Shown in pieces: positions 1 to 11,637 of a stretch of 47,426 nt of DNA. Made by a program: the position numbers and the translations under genes. Positions within the stretch are counted from its first letter, which is position 1. Every line of letters begins with the position of its first letter. Source of the stretch: Macrostomum lignano (lineage: Eukaryota); contig NIVC01003066.1 of NCBI GenBank assembly GCA_002269645.1, forward strand, positions 1 through 47,426, written 5' to 3'. The notes under the pieces are model-generated. The model worked only from the letters and a program-made list of their open reading frames with translations, did no database searches and was not told the origin of the DNA.

Positions 1-1197
1 GATTCTGAGAAGTCTGGCGACCGAAGAGGTGCAGAGAACTATGCTGGAGCTGCTGAACCAGCTGGACGATTTCAGCCTAATATGGAGATTAAGGTGGGAA
101 TATTCAAGGTTGTATTGTGTAGTCCGAGAAAGCGAGAGGGAGATGACGGGGTGTGGGTAGAGATGACAGGGTGTGGGGTAAAGATGTCAGGGTGTGGGGT
201 AGAGATGAGAGGGTGTGGGGTAGAGATGAGAGGGTGTGGGGTAGAGATGAGGATGTGGGTAGAGATGAGAGGGTGGGGTAGAGATGAGAATGTGGGTAGA
301 GATGAGAGGGTGTGGGGTAGAGATGAGGATGTGGGGTAGAGATGAGAGGTGTGGGGTAGAGATGAGAATGTGGGTAGAGATGAGAGGGTGTGTGGGTAGA
401 GATGAGGGTGTGGGGTAGAGATGAGAGGGTGTGGGTAGAGATGAGAGAGTGTGGGGTATAGATGAGAGGGTGTGGGGTAGAGATAAGAGGGTGTGGGGTA
501 GAGATGAGGGTGTGGGGTAGAGATGAGAGGGTGTGGGGTAGAGATGAGGGTGTGGGGTAGAGATGAGGGTGTGGGGTAGAGATGAGAGGGTGTGGGGTAG
601 AGATGAGAGGGTGTGGGGTAGAGATGAGAGAGTGTGGGGTATAGATGAGAGGGTGTGGGGTAGAGATAAGAGGGTGTGGGGTAGAGATGAGGGTGTGGGG
701 TAGAGATGAGAGGGTGTGGGGTAGAGATGAGGGTGTGTGGGGTAGAGATGGGAGTGTGGGTAGATAAGAAAGACAAAAAAGAGAATCGGCGCATACACAC
801 AGATAACACAAACAGATCTCAGATGCCTTGCCCTTCAATTGTATCTCCAACCTTTCAGGTGATCGCAGCCACCAATCGAGTTGACATCCTCGACCCCGCC
901 CTGCTCCGTTCGAGCCGACTGGATCGAAAAATCGAATTCCCAGCCCCGAACGAAGAAGCCAGAGCCAGGATTATGCAAATCCATTCGCGCAAAATGAACG
1001 TCAGATCCGATGTCAATTTTGACGAGTTGGCCAGGTGCACAGATGATTTCAATGGCGCTCAGTGCAAAGCGGTCTGCGTTGAGGCTGGCATGCTGGCGCT
1101 GAGGCGTGGCGCCACTAGCGTCTCGCACGAAGACTTTATGGACGCCATACTTGAGGTTCAGGCTAAGAAAAAGAGCAGCCTGAACTATTATGCTTGA
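1..1197 (+). CDS. PSMC3: 26S proteasome AAA-ATPase subunit 6A (Rpt5), last two exons (1-93 and 859-1197); 5' end lies outside the window
   Basis: Exon 859-1197 reads [27 protein letters not shown]...[14 protein letters not shown], the Rpt5 C-terminus. Exon 1-93 gives [30 protein letters not shown] once a +1 (about 25) and a -1 (about 68) indel are allowed. GT..AG intron at 94-858. Confidence 0.95.
147..762. repeat. About 19-21 bp G-rich minisatellite (gggtgtggggtagagatgaga) filling the PSMC3 intron
   Basis: Direct tandem repeats; they explain the low-complexity ORFs in 72-850. Confidence 0.95.
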
Positions 1198-1289
1198 GAT
1201 GGTTTGATTGACTACTGTAATAAAACTTGCGTCTCGAATGTGTTTAGTGTGCTAACAGTGTTCACTGGGGGTTGAGCAAGAATGCATCT

Positions 1290-1550
1290 ATAACCTTACT
1301 GTACAAGCACCTGTGTTGCCGTCTAAATCAATGCATATTCCTGGTATTTTCTTTTTTGAATAATCTCCAACTCTTATCTCACCGAGTCACCGTCTCTCGT
1401 TCAAATCTGATCTTCCAATGTCTCTATAGTTTCGAATCACACTTTCATCTATTTTGTCACACCTTTTCCACTCTTTAAAGTCAGTCCTATCTTATTGGTT
1501 AGTTTCCTATTCAACGTATTGAGTATTATTTTTCACAATCAATATTCGTA
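1290..1550 (-). pseudogene. Possible degenerate LINE APE-endonuclease fragment
   Basis: Minus-strand translation with stops, ILIVKNNTQYVE...VIRNYR...IRVGDY, loosely follows the APE motif order (ILVK, YRP, GDFN). Weak. Confidence 0.25.
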
Positions 1551-2808
1551 CTATATGCATATATTCGTATACGCTGCCCTATACTAACTGTTGATTGCTA
1601 CTTACAGTAGGATAAAACGCGCTAAAACTCTTTCAGTTGCAGCTCAGTTTATAATCCCGATAAATAGGAAGCAATAAAAACTTGCATATCTAGTATATCC
1701 TCTATTTTACTTATAGTAGTAGTTTAAGCAAAAGGTTATTCAGACATCGGTTAGTGATTTTTCAGTGTCTAGCATTTTTTGATTTTGTTAGTGTTTTACT
1801 TTTTTATCATTCAGTTCCGTAACTTGCTATACAACCTACTAAAATGTGTCCACTAACTATACTGTATTTGTTATGACTTTAAATAACTTGAATAAACTTG
1901 ATTTCAATTTAATAGCTCCATTTCAGTTGGTTTGAATTCAAATAAATTTCTTGCTCTCTTTCAATCTTCGTTCCACCTCTATCTTAAAATTTTAGAAAAC
2001 AAAGCTTTTATTAAAAGTTAGGTTAGTCTTTAATATAAGAGTTAGAAGTGAACTTATAATGCAAAGTTTTATAAATTTATAAATTAGTATTTTACTGATA
2101 AAAATCACAAAACGCATGCTCTAGTCTGGTAAAAAATGAAAAGTCCAGGATATATGCATCAACCAGTAAGAATTATAGTAAACAGCAAATAAACTCATAA
2201 GGCAGAAGAAGCAAGTGTTAAAAAGTTAACATGCTCATACAATTAATTATTGACATTGAAATGTTATGATATTCTAGTATTTTTTCTGTTACATAAATAC
2301 AAAGTATTGTTTAATGCCCTTTAATGGATTAGATTTCAGCATAGATATTGTAAGTTCAATTACAACCAATATAATTATATTTAGCTTGGTAATTGGTATA
2401 TAAGTAATTTGTTAAGCATGTCTGACTTCAAAATGATTTTACCTTTTACAGAGCCAGGTGAGAGAAAAGATCGATTAAAAATATAAACTTAAAAATTTCG
2501 GAAATTTTAGTGTTTATTTTCATTGAAAACCTAAAGTTTGTTTTTATACAAAATTCCATTAGGATATTCGATTTTTTAAAATTAGACTCCTTTTAAAAGA
2601 AGAAAAAAGAAAAAAGTAAGAAAGTGTACGATACAGATAAACACTGCTAAGATTGACAGACTGTTGTGATAATATGTTTATTATTACAAATTTTCGTATG
2701 CTCTGTCACTACTAATGCACAGCCAAATATTAAATAGCTATCTAGTATTTTATCATATTTAAAGTTCCTGTGTCTTAGTAGATGTTACAGCAAACAAAAA
2801 GCAAACTG

Positions 2809-3423
2809 TTAGGACTTGTGAGAGTTGCAACACCATTGAAATGAGTCAGCCTGGCTAAGCTTCTTCCTGTTGGAGACACTTGTCCAAGAGCATTGGCAGC
2901 AGTATGCTGTGTGCTGCGGCGAATTAGATAGCTTCTTACTCAAGTTTTGCCTGTCAGGCATGAAGTTCCGAAAGAACATATAGTTTACAGACGATACCCA
3001 ATGTTGACCGCGGAAAATTAAAACTTGAAAGTCGCACTTCATGCAATGCATATTGTCACAGGCTTTCTCCTGCATTAGGCTACAATGCCCATACTCCATC
3101 TCCTTTGGACCAGCCAGAAAAATAGACCTACACTTCAAAGTAGGTGTTTCATTCGAGTAGTCTTTGGCGGTCAGCGGTGCTTCAGTCGAAGATTTCTGTG
3201 GATGTGACTTGCTTTTCTTGCTATCAGATTCGATTTCGTCAAGAGATTTGAGCAGGTCGCTAGCATCGCTAGTTTTTGTTGCAGTTGTAGAGTTCACCTT
3301 AGTTGAATTGTTGGTCTTCACAGAGTTCACAGGAGTCAAAGTGGACTTTTTTTGCAATGAGCCTTCAATTTGATCCAGCAGATCGTCAACGTCATCTATT
3401 CCAGCCATTTCAGCTTCTTTCAT
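2809..3423 (-). CDS. CFAP418: Cilia- and flagella-associated protein 418 (C8orf37) homologue, single exon; start at 3423 or 3408
   Basis: N-terminal DDVDDLLDQIE. C-terminal domain ACDNMHCMKCDF...W...NYMFFRNFMPD...L...AYCCQCSW...W.C..H matches the C8orf37 family. Confidence 0.85.
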   Translation of the reverse strand: MKEAEMAGIDDVDDLLDQIEGSLQKKSTLTPVNSVKTNNSTKVNSTTATKTSDASDLLKSLDEIESDSKKSKSHPQKSSTEAPLTAKDYSNETPTLKCRSIFLAGPKEMEYGHCSLMQEKACDNMHCMKCDFQVLIFRGQHWVSSVNYMFFRNFMPDRQNLSKKLSNSPQHTAYCCQCSWTSVSNRKKLSQADSFQWCCNSHKS

Positions 3424-4978
3424 ATAACTAATAGAAAAAATATGCCTGAAGTAAGTACGTTGAAATGCTGACAAAGCAAAAGATTTATTTATGCTGAAGG
3501 TTTATTTTTTCATACTATAATTACAAATAAATAAAAACACTAAATAGAAAAAACGACGAAAAATATTTTATTTATTTTTATGAAATAACTACAAAACTTT
3601 GTTATTCTTTAACAAAACGTTATAAAGTACGGAATAAGTTGAAACCTAAATTGCTAGTATTCCGCATTGGGACGAAAGTTACAAATTGCTTAGTCGCTTA
3701 AGAGCCCCTGACTCGAAGAAAGATCGATTTTTATTATAAATTCATATTAATTTATTGCGTTCATTAAATTTGACTTTCTTAATTAGTAGCTAATCCTAAA
3801 TTAGTCTAAAAACTGAAGATTTTTGATTGCACGAGGAGATATTTTTAATATCTTCTTGATATTTTGTACCTGTAATACAAAACCAACATTCACGTATTAC
3901 GTTGCTAGTATCCTTGTAGAATCCTCAATTAAATAAATGAAAGATTTTTTAATTGCACTAAAATATTGATTTTTGTGAATGGAACAGTAGGACAGTAGTA
4001 GCAAAAATCCTGAATATATATTTACTACAAAAACACCGTAAAGCACCGGAGATAAATTTGTCTTAACTTCAAGATTAACAAATTTCTGCATAATTATAAG
4101 TTGAATTTCGGGATTGCATGAGTTACAGATATCTTGCAAAGCTTTGAAACTCACATTCAAACAAGTGAACAAAAATATTGTTACATTTTTTTTTCTAGGA
4201 TAAACTCAAGATGTATTGAACCAGATAGATTGCGTTGACTGTACTGTACCTGCGTGGAAATACAAGTAAAGTTTCGGAACAAAAAACACAAGTCATGGTT
4301 GGTTTTACTTCTAAAATTTAAGCGATAAATTATAAGTTCAAACAATTATTTTCGATTACACTATTGAACTAGAAAGGTTTTTTACTGAAATTGAAACGGA
4401 GTGTTAACCAAATCGATTTCATTTATAATAATTTAAAAATAAAATACAAAGTATTTGACTTAATGCAATCCAGAATAATAACACAAAAAGTGATCATATT
4501 ATATTAACCTTGAAACTTTATTACAACACAAAAATGGCATAACAGCCACAGAAAGGAATTAGAAGTAGAGATAAGCGGAAATACATCGATGCATGCCCAC
4601 AACAGGAATTGATTTCTGGTCTAATATATTTATGCCTCATATTTACAAATCAGAATATAGATATTTATAAACTTTATAGACTACTTGTACTATAAAGCGT
4701 GAGCGCAACTATACCGAGGATCAAAGCAGATTTAATGTTTAAGGCAGCAAGGTAAGATTCAGCGATAGAAGCTTACAATTTATTATTTAAATTCGCGCGA
4801 AAAAAAATCGAAATCTTATGACATCTCGTTTTCAGGGTTGCTAAAAGCAAACTAGGCCTTATTACAGTTAATGTGGTGACAAAATTAAGACATTGGAATA
4901 AGAGCGTTTGAATAGGCATAAAACATTTAGCTCGTATAATTGATCCGTAATTTAATGTCACGTAGAAAAAATGTAGTA

Positions 4979-5315
4979 CCTCTCAGGCATTCGATCAATA
5001 ATCACAGAGCGAATAACGTATCCTCTGGTTGGTCGTCTCGGTGCTTAAGCGTACGCGAACGATCCGACGAAGAAGCAGCGGTGCCAGCGCTAGTATAGTT
5101 CTGCTGCTGTTGCTGTTGAAGAAACAAGTTGAAATCCGAGCTAGAAACGCCTGACGTAGCTGTCTGGGATGCCGCTCCCCCCGCTGTTGCTATGCCGGTG
5201 CGCTGAGCCAGGCCGTTCTGCAGGCCGGTCGCCAGCTGCTGGCCACCGTCAGTGGCGCCTGCGTAGGCGGCAGCCCCGCTCATGCCAGCTCGGTTGCGAT
5301 CGAATGCCTGAGAGG
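4979..5315. other. Perfect 18-bp inverted repeat (4979-4996 and 5298-5315) bracketing the last TOM1 exon
   Basis: cctctcaggcattcgatc at 4979-4996 is the exact reverse complement of gatcgaatgcctgagagg at 5298-5315. Confidence 0.95.
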
Positions 5316-8245
5316 CAGGTAGATTCAAGTAAAAAGCATCAGATATGAGATTACTTGCTACTATTAAAGAGCTTGAAAATCCCCGGGTTATTCCAAAAAA
5401 ATCACGACAGTTTCAGCTGAAGGATGTAGGGTGCTCATTGCTCATACTAAAGCCTTCAGGAAAATCTGGCACGGTGCCCCAACAACTGACTGAGGATCTG
5501 GAAGGCTCCGTGGAGCATTCCAGTCTCTAGGAGGATACTCACGAGTAAGGGCTGGCCCAGGAACTGAGAATCTGGGAGGCTGGCCCAGCAACTGACACTC
5601 TTGGAAGTGGCCCAGCAACTGACACTCTGGGAAGTGGCCCAGCAACTGACACTCTGGGAGGCTGGCCCAGCAACTGACACTCTGGGAGGCTGGCCTAGCA
5701 ACTGAGGATCTGGGAGGCTGGCCAAGCAACTGACACTCTTGGAGGCTGGCCAAGCAACTGATGAGATCTGAGAGGCTGGCCCAGCAACTGATGAGATGTG
5801 GGAGGCTGACCCAGCAACTGACACTCTTGGAGGCTGGCCCAGCAACTGACACTCTTGGAGGCTGGCCCAGCAACTGACACTCTGGGAGGCTGACCCAGCA
5901 AACTGACACTCTGGGAGGCTGGCCCAGCAACTGAGGATCTGGGAGGCTGGCCCAGCAACTGAGGATCTGGGAGGGCTTACTAAAGAATAAAACAATGCAT
6001 CTATGCTCAGCTAGCCGCTAACAGTACCTGCCGACTGCTAGCAAACATGTCAAATTCATCAGACTGTTCCAATGGCTGCTGCTGTTGCACAGATTGCGAA
6101 CCGGCTTGGGTAATCTGGAGGCCAGCCAACTGCTGCCAATGGATGACGGCTTCGGCTCGTCTGGTGTAGAGAAATCAATCAGCGGTGCCGCCTGCGGCTC
6201 GGGAGGCTGCGATGAAGCTGGAACCGGAGGCGGCTGCTGCAGAGCATCAGGCCGATTGAACATGGGATTAAATGAAGGCTGCTGTTGTTGTTGTTGCACT
6301 TGTGGTTGCCTGCGGAATAAATAAAATGAACGAATATTAGCATCAAACAGTACCACGGGAGGTACCTTTTTAAGGTTCATATGGATAATTCGAAAGTTAC
6401 ATTTGAATGTCAGTAGACTTTAAACTCAGTGATATTGAAAGTTTCTGTAACTAAAAGACATTTACGGTTGGCCATACTTGATGCTTAGTCAAAATTCAGA
6501 GTTGCTCATAAATTATGGTTGGTCATGCGTAGTAGTAGGTCATACTTAGGAGCTGGTCATATTAAAGGGTTGATCATAATGAGGAGTTGGTCATAAACTA
6601 TGGTTTGCTCATGTTTTGGAGTTGGTCATACTCAAGAGTTGGTCATACTTAACAGTAAGTCATGCATAGGAGTAATTGGTCATACTTAGGAGTAATTGGT
6701 CATACTTAGGAGTAATTGGTCATGCATAGGAGTAATTGGTCATGCTTAGGAGTTGGTCATAAATTACGGGTTGCTCATATTTTAGAGTCGGTCATAGTTA
6801 GGCGTTGGTCATAACTTGATAAGCTATCAAACTTAAAGAAAACAAACCTATTCGCCTCTCGATAACGTTCGAACCGATCGAATCGCAGAAATCCGTTGTT
6901 TAAATCGTCATTGATACGCAGCAGCTCTCCGACAACTTCGTCGTTGGCTATGACGTCCACTAGTTCAACAATTCTCTGCTGCATCTGCCGGTTAGTGCGA
7001 TTTAACTCTTGCAGCAGTGACAGGTCCTCCGGTTGCACTGAGTCTGGTGACAGCTCGTTCAGCATCTCGTTGAATACCTGATTGTGTGATGGGGCAAAAT
7101 GCAATTGTATACAATCGTAATCATGATGATGATGCTCATATAGTCAAAATAATAACAACCATGATGATCATATAGTCACAATACTCATAACCATAATGAT
7201 GATCATATAGTCACAATTCTCATAACCATGATGATGATCATATAGTCACAATACTCACAATCATGATGATGTTCATATAGTCACAATACTCATAACCATG
7301 ATGATGATCATATAGTCACAGTACTCATAACCATGATGATGTTCATATAGTCACAATACTCATTTTATTAAAATGCTCCAATAAAAGTCACAAGACTTAA
7401 AAAAAAGTAATTCGTACTGTTAATACTCCTGCTCCTAAAGAAGATACTAATAGACTCACTATGCTCATAACAAAACTTTCGGTTAATCACCTTAACATTT
7501 CCAAGCACAATGTCCAATTCTGAGCGCAGCTTAGCCAACTGTTCAGGACTAGGCGTTGCGATTGGTCTCGATCTTTGACCGGACACCTGTTGATGCTGCT
7601 GATGAGGCTGAGTAGAGTGATGCTGCTGCTGCTGTTTAGACTGCTGCTGCGGACGTCGATTTGGCGATACGGGGCCAGAATCGGCGCCAAAGTCGTTGCT
7701 AGGGAGAACAGCTATCGAATCGTGATTAGTAGAAGCGGCAGCTGCAGAGGCTGCGGATCTGGCTGGGGTGTTGATCGGCGCCATGGAGTCCAGATCGGTC
7801 ATAGGAAATTCGACGCCTTTGCTGCGCAATTCCTCAACCAGACGCTCGACTTCGCGCAGTTCTGGCCGACCGCGAAACGCATCCGACCAGGCTTGGAGCA
7901 GGCCGAGCACTCGGTCCTGGATCTGCTGCGGCGGCTCGTTCTTGGGGCTGATGAGGCGGACCAGCTCGTCCAGGAAGTCGCGTCTGGGAACGGAGATTTC
8001 AGAGGGGCGGCGAATGGGGTGATTTTAATCCTATCTGACGGCTAAGTAATGCAGCTGTCTGTCTATCTATCTATCTATTTATCTATCTAGCTATCTATCT
8101 ATCTATCTATTTATCTATCTAGCTATCTATCTATCTATCTATCTATCCATCTATCTGTCTATCTATCTATCTGTTCATCTATCTATCTATCTATCTGTCT
8201 ATCTATCTTTCTATCTATCTATCTATCTGTCTGTCTATCTGTCTA

Positions 8246-8276
<31 letters not shown>

Positions 8277-8299
8277 ATCTATCTATCTATCCATCTATC

Positions 8300-8380
<81 letters not shown>

Positions 8381-8464
8381 CTATCTATCTATCTATCTAT
8401 CTATCCATCTATATATATATCTATCTATCTATCTATCCATCTATCTATCTATCTATTTATCTAT

Positions 8465-8502
<38 letters not shown>

Positions 8503-8578
8503 GTCTATCTATCTATCTATCTGTCTATCTATCTATCTATCTGTCCATCTATCTATCTATCTATCTATCTGTCCATCG

Positions 8579-8661
<83 letters not shown>

Positions 8662-8720
8662 CATCTATATATATATCTATCTATCTATCTATCCATCTAT
8701 CTATCTATCTATTTATCTAT

Positions 8721-8762
<42 letters not shown>

Positions 8763-8850
8763 GTCTATCTATCTATCTATCTATCTGTCTATCTATCTAT
8801 CTATCTGTCCATCTATCTATCTATCTATCTATCTGTCCATCGATCTGTCC

Positions 8851-8911
<61 letters not shown>

Positions 8912-9279
8912 CCTATCTATCTATCTATCTATCTATCTGTTTATTTACCAAAAGATCAGCCAAATGGATCAACAAAAATAAAAACTCACTTAGCAACCAG
9001 CAGGTGAAATCTGAATCCGCAATTCTTGACGCAAGTCTCCAGCACACTCAGACTGTACTGGACAGCACTGTTGCTGCGCCCAGCCGATGTTGTTAATCGT
9101 CGACGAAGCGCTCGAAGAGCATCGCGAGGCCCCTCTTCTAATTCGTTAACAGCATCGCATACGGCCATTAGCAGAGCCCAATCCTCTCCTGATTGGGCCC
9201 CATCGGTGGCCCGTTCAACCAACTGACCAACTGGTGTAGAAAATGGATTGCCTTGCAGAATGTTTGACACAGTCTGCAT
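5002..9279 (-). CDS. TOM1: TOM1/TOM1L2-family VHS-GAT endosomal adaptor; exons 9279-8990, 7983-7491, 7077-6848, 6309-6028, 5307-5002
   Basis: VHS: [18 protein letters not shown]...EDWAL...LETCVKNCG...[14 protein letters not shown]: [12 protein letters not shown]...[17 protein letters not shown]. Later motifs LIDF, QLAGL, DEFDMFA, and C-terminal GVSSSDF..FL...EDTLFAL*. All introns are GT..AG with consistent phases, except that exon 4 is 1 nt short (about 6133-6140). Confidence 0.92.
5568..5975. repeat. About 28-bp minisatellite (ctgggaggctggcccagcaactgacact) in TOM1 intron 4; same family as 36925-37925
   Basis: Tandem repeats; the reverse complement equals the unit in the TTC14 intron. Confidence 0.95.
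6465..6812. repeat. Degenerate tandem repeat of about 20 bp (ggagtaattggtcatactta) in TOM1 intron 3
   Basis: Repeated ttggtcata cores. Confidence 0.85.
7115..7362. repeat. About 36-bp tandem repeat (catatagtcacaatactcataaccatgatgatgat-like) in TOM1 intron 2
   Basis: About 7 tandem copies visible. Confidence 0.9.
8055..8940. repeat. (TATC)n microsatellite of about 0.9 kb in TOM1 intron 1
   Basis: Direct reading. Confidence 0.98.
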
Positions 9280-10084
9280 GCTTGTTTGATTTTCCCAATT
9301 CTCGATTGTAAACAATTTATATCGAATAGCTTAGCTAAAGAGGTCTGGCAGGAAAAATCAAAGGCATGAAGTGATAGCATTTTGAGTAAGATAGCTAGTT
9401 ATTCACCAGATAAGTTTGTCATATAGATTTCAGTAGTCTAGATTAGGCTCTACTTGGAGCATTATTATTATTGTTTGGCTTTCTTGCTTCTAAGGGCAGA
9501 CATAAGTAGTTACATTTGGTGCAGTAGCTAAAGTTGAGGCAGCCTTATTTATTTTACAAGCGTATTTACCAGACAGGCCAAATCATTCACCCACTAATTG
9601 AGCAGTAGAGAATGCACAACAATTAGTTAATACAACAAGCTGTCTATGGCCAAAGCTCTATTAACTGCCTACAAATTATGGTAGGCAGTGAAGGCCATTA
9701 ATTGCCTAAGCATTCTAAAGTTTATTATAAACAATACTAAAACAAAAATATGGTATATTTTTGCAACCAACAAAACCATATGCATAATGAAATTGTCTTA
9801 TGAATGTATTTTGATTGGCCTTTAACAATTATTTCAAAGCATTTTAATAATGACAAGCTGTTGAAACCCGCGGATTTTGAACCCGGGGAATTTCAATCCC
9901 TGGAACTATTTTTGCATGTATTCTAAAATCTGAGGTCTAACTCAAACAAAAACTTGTTAATAGTTACGAAAGAGTTAAACATAAAATAGAGTACACATTT
10001 GTGTAAAATTAGGATTTGAGGCAAACATTGATATTGTTGGCTAGGGTGCTGCGCAGAATGTCAGGCAAACTCTGGCAGTCTGGC

Positions 10085-10393
10085 TGGCCTCTGCCTCTGC
10101 ATCTGCCTCTCTGTCTCCTTTTGCCCCTTGGATCCTTTGAAATTTCTATCTTCTCTTCTGTTTCCTCTCTTCTCTCTCGTCTCTTGTCTCTTCCTTCTCT
10201 TCTCTTCTCACTCCTTACTCTACCTTTTCAACACTTCCTTCATCTACTCCTCTCCCCTTTCTCATCTCTTCTCTCAACTGTCTCCTCTCCTCTCTCCACT
10301 CTCTCCTCTCATCTCTTTCCTCACCTCTTTTCTCTCTTATCTCTTCCCATTACTCTCTGCTTGCTCCTCTCTCTTTCTGTCTCTGTCTCTCTT

Positions 10394-10485
<92 letters not shown>
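10085..10485. repeat. CT-rich low-complexity tract ending in (CT)n
   Basis: Direct reading. Confidence 0.9.
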
Positions 10486-10486
<1 letters not shown>

Positions 10487-10911
10487 GGGACCAACAACCA
10501 ATCTGGGTTTGCTTCCTAAAGGGTTCCATCCCTGTGGGTCATCACGCTGCAAATGCTGCACCCACTCACCACCTGCTCTCTCCGCCCAGGGGCTGAAACC
10601 GGCTTCCGGTTTTTTAATCTCTCAGAGCCTGTCCTGTGGCTCCAAGAACATCATCTATGGCATCTCCTGCAACCAGTGCCACCCTGGGAAGATCTTCTAT
10701 GTAGGGATGACAAGAAGAACAATGAGATAGAATGAACCAACACAGGTCAAATATTAACAGGAGGGTCGTAACTTCGGGGTCAGAGCACTTTCTCACCCCC
10801 AATCACTCGATTGCAAACTTTGTCTCCATTGCTATCGAACAAATTCTTAATAACAACAAAATCGAACTTAGGGAAGAAATCTGGATTAAAAAACTGGGGA
10901 CTGACAAACCG
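10487..10911 (+). mobile_element. Penelope-like element relic (Neptune-type): Cys-rich linker plus GIY-YIG endonuclease, frameshifted at about 10728
   Basis: GFHPCGSSRCKCC...SCGSKNIIYGISCNQC...FYVGMTRR.MR/RMNQHRSNI...HF...H...REEIWIKKLGTDKP. Confidence 0.85.
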
Positions 10912-11487
10912 CCGGTACGAACATCAGGGTTGACAATCATCTTCTCCGACCCATCCCATTGGTCCTTCCTTTTCACCCATCTACGGTCTGGCTTGCCAAC
11001 GAGATTGCTAAAAACTTTGATAAGCTACAAAATAAACCAGGCTCCCGCATACTGCCCGCATTTACACGGCAACGTAACTTACAAAGCCTCCTGGCGCCCA
11101 ATAGGTTCAAGTCTCAGCCAGGAAACCATTGAATATTTTAACCAATGCGCTATTTGTACCTATAGAACTACAATATTTATTCACTTTGTCGTGTATTTTA
11201 TTCAAACTGCTTGATTGTACGCGCAAATATCGATTTTTATGCTCCCACCCTCAATACCGCATTTTATTTAATCGTACTTCGAAAAAACAATTTTTTAATA
11301 TACTAAATATACCGTCGCTTAAACTGACCGGTTGAAAGCCTCTGGGACAAGTTAGAGCTAGAATGAACCCAGTTTAAATGTACACCCCTCATATGTACAG
11401 CAGCTCAGCAATTTTATTTGACTGAGAAAACTAATACTTAAAAGACTTAAGACTTAAAAGACTTGCACTGCATGAAACACTGATTTT

Positions 11488-11528
11488 TGGCCTGACGAAG
11501 AGCCCAGAGGCTCGAAACCGGTAGCCCA
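11488..11528 (+). ncRNA. Minimal type I hammerhead ribozyme in the Penelope pseudo-LTR; predicted cleavage after GUA (11523)
   Basis: GGC-CUGACGA-A-GAGCC-caga-GGCUC-GAAA-CCGG-U-A-GCC: intact core, 5-bp stem II, palindromic stem III (ACCGGU), stem I GGC/GCC. Confidence 0.8.
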
Positions 11529-11571
11529 TATTAAATTAATTAGTCTTTTGATTTTTTAAACACGCCGTGAC

Positions 11572-11573
11572 CT

Positions 11574-11637
<64 letters not shown>

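Noticed and set aside
72-850. Long ORFs rich in P/H/T/L/S
   Set aside because: They are translations of the PSMC3 intronic minisatellite.
5442-5995. [17 protein letters not shown] repeat ORFs, also at 36866-38164
   Set aside because: They come from an intronic 28-bp minisatellite open in all frames; flanking exons splice around it in phase.
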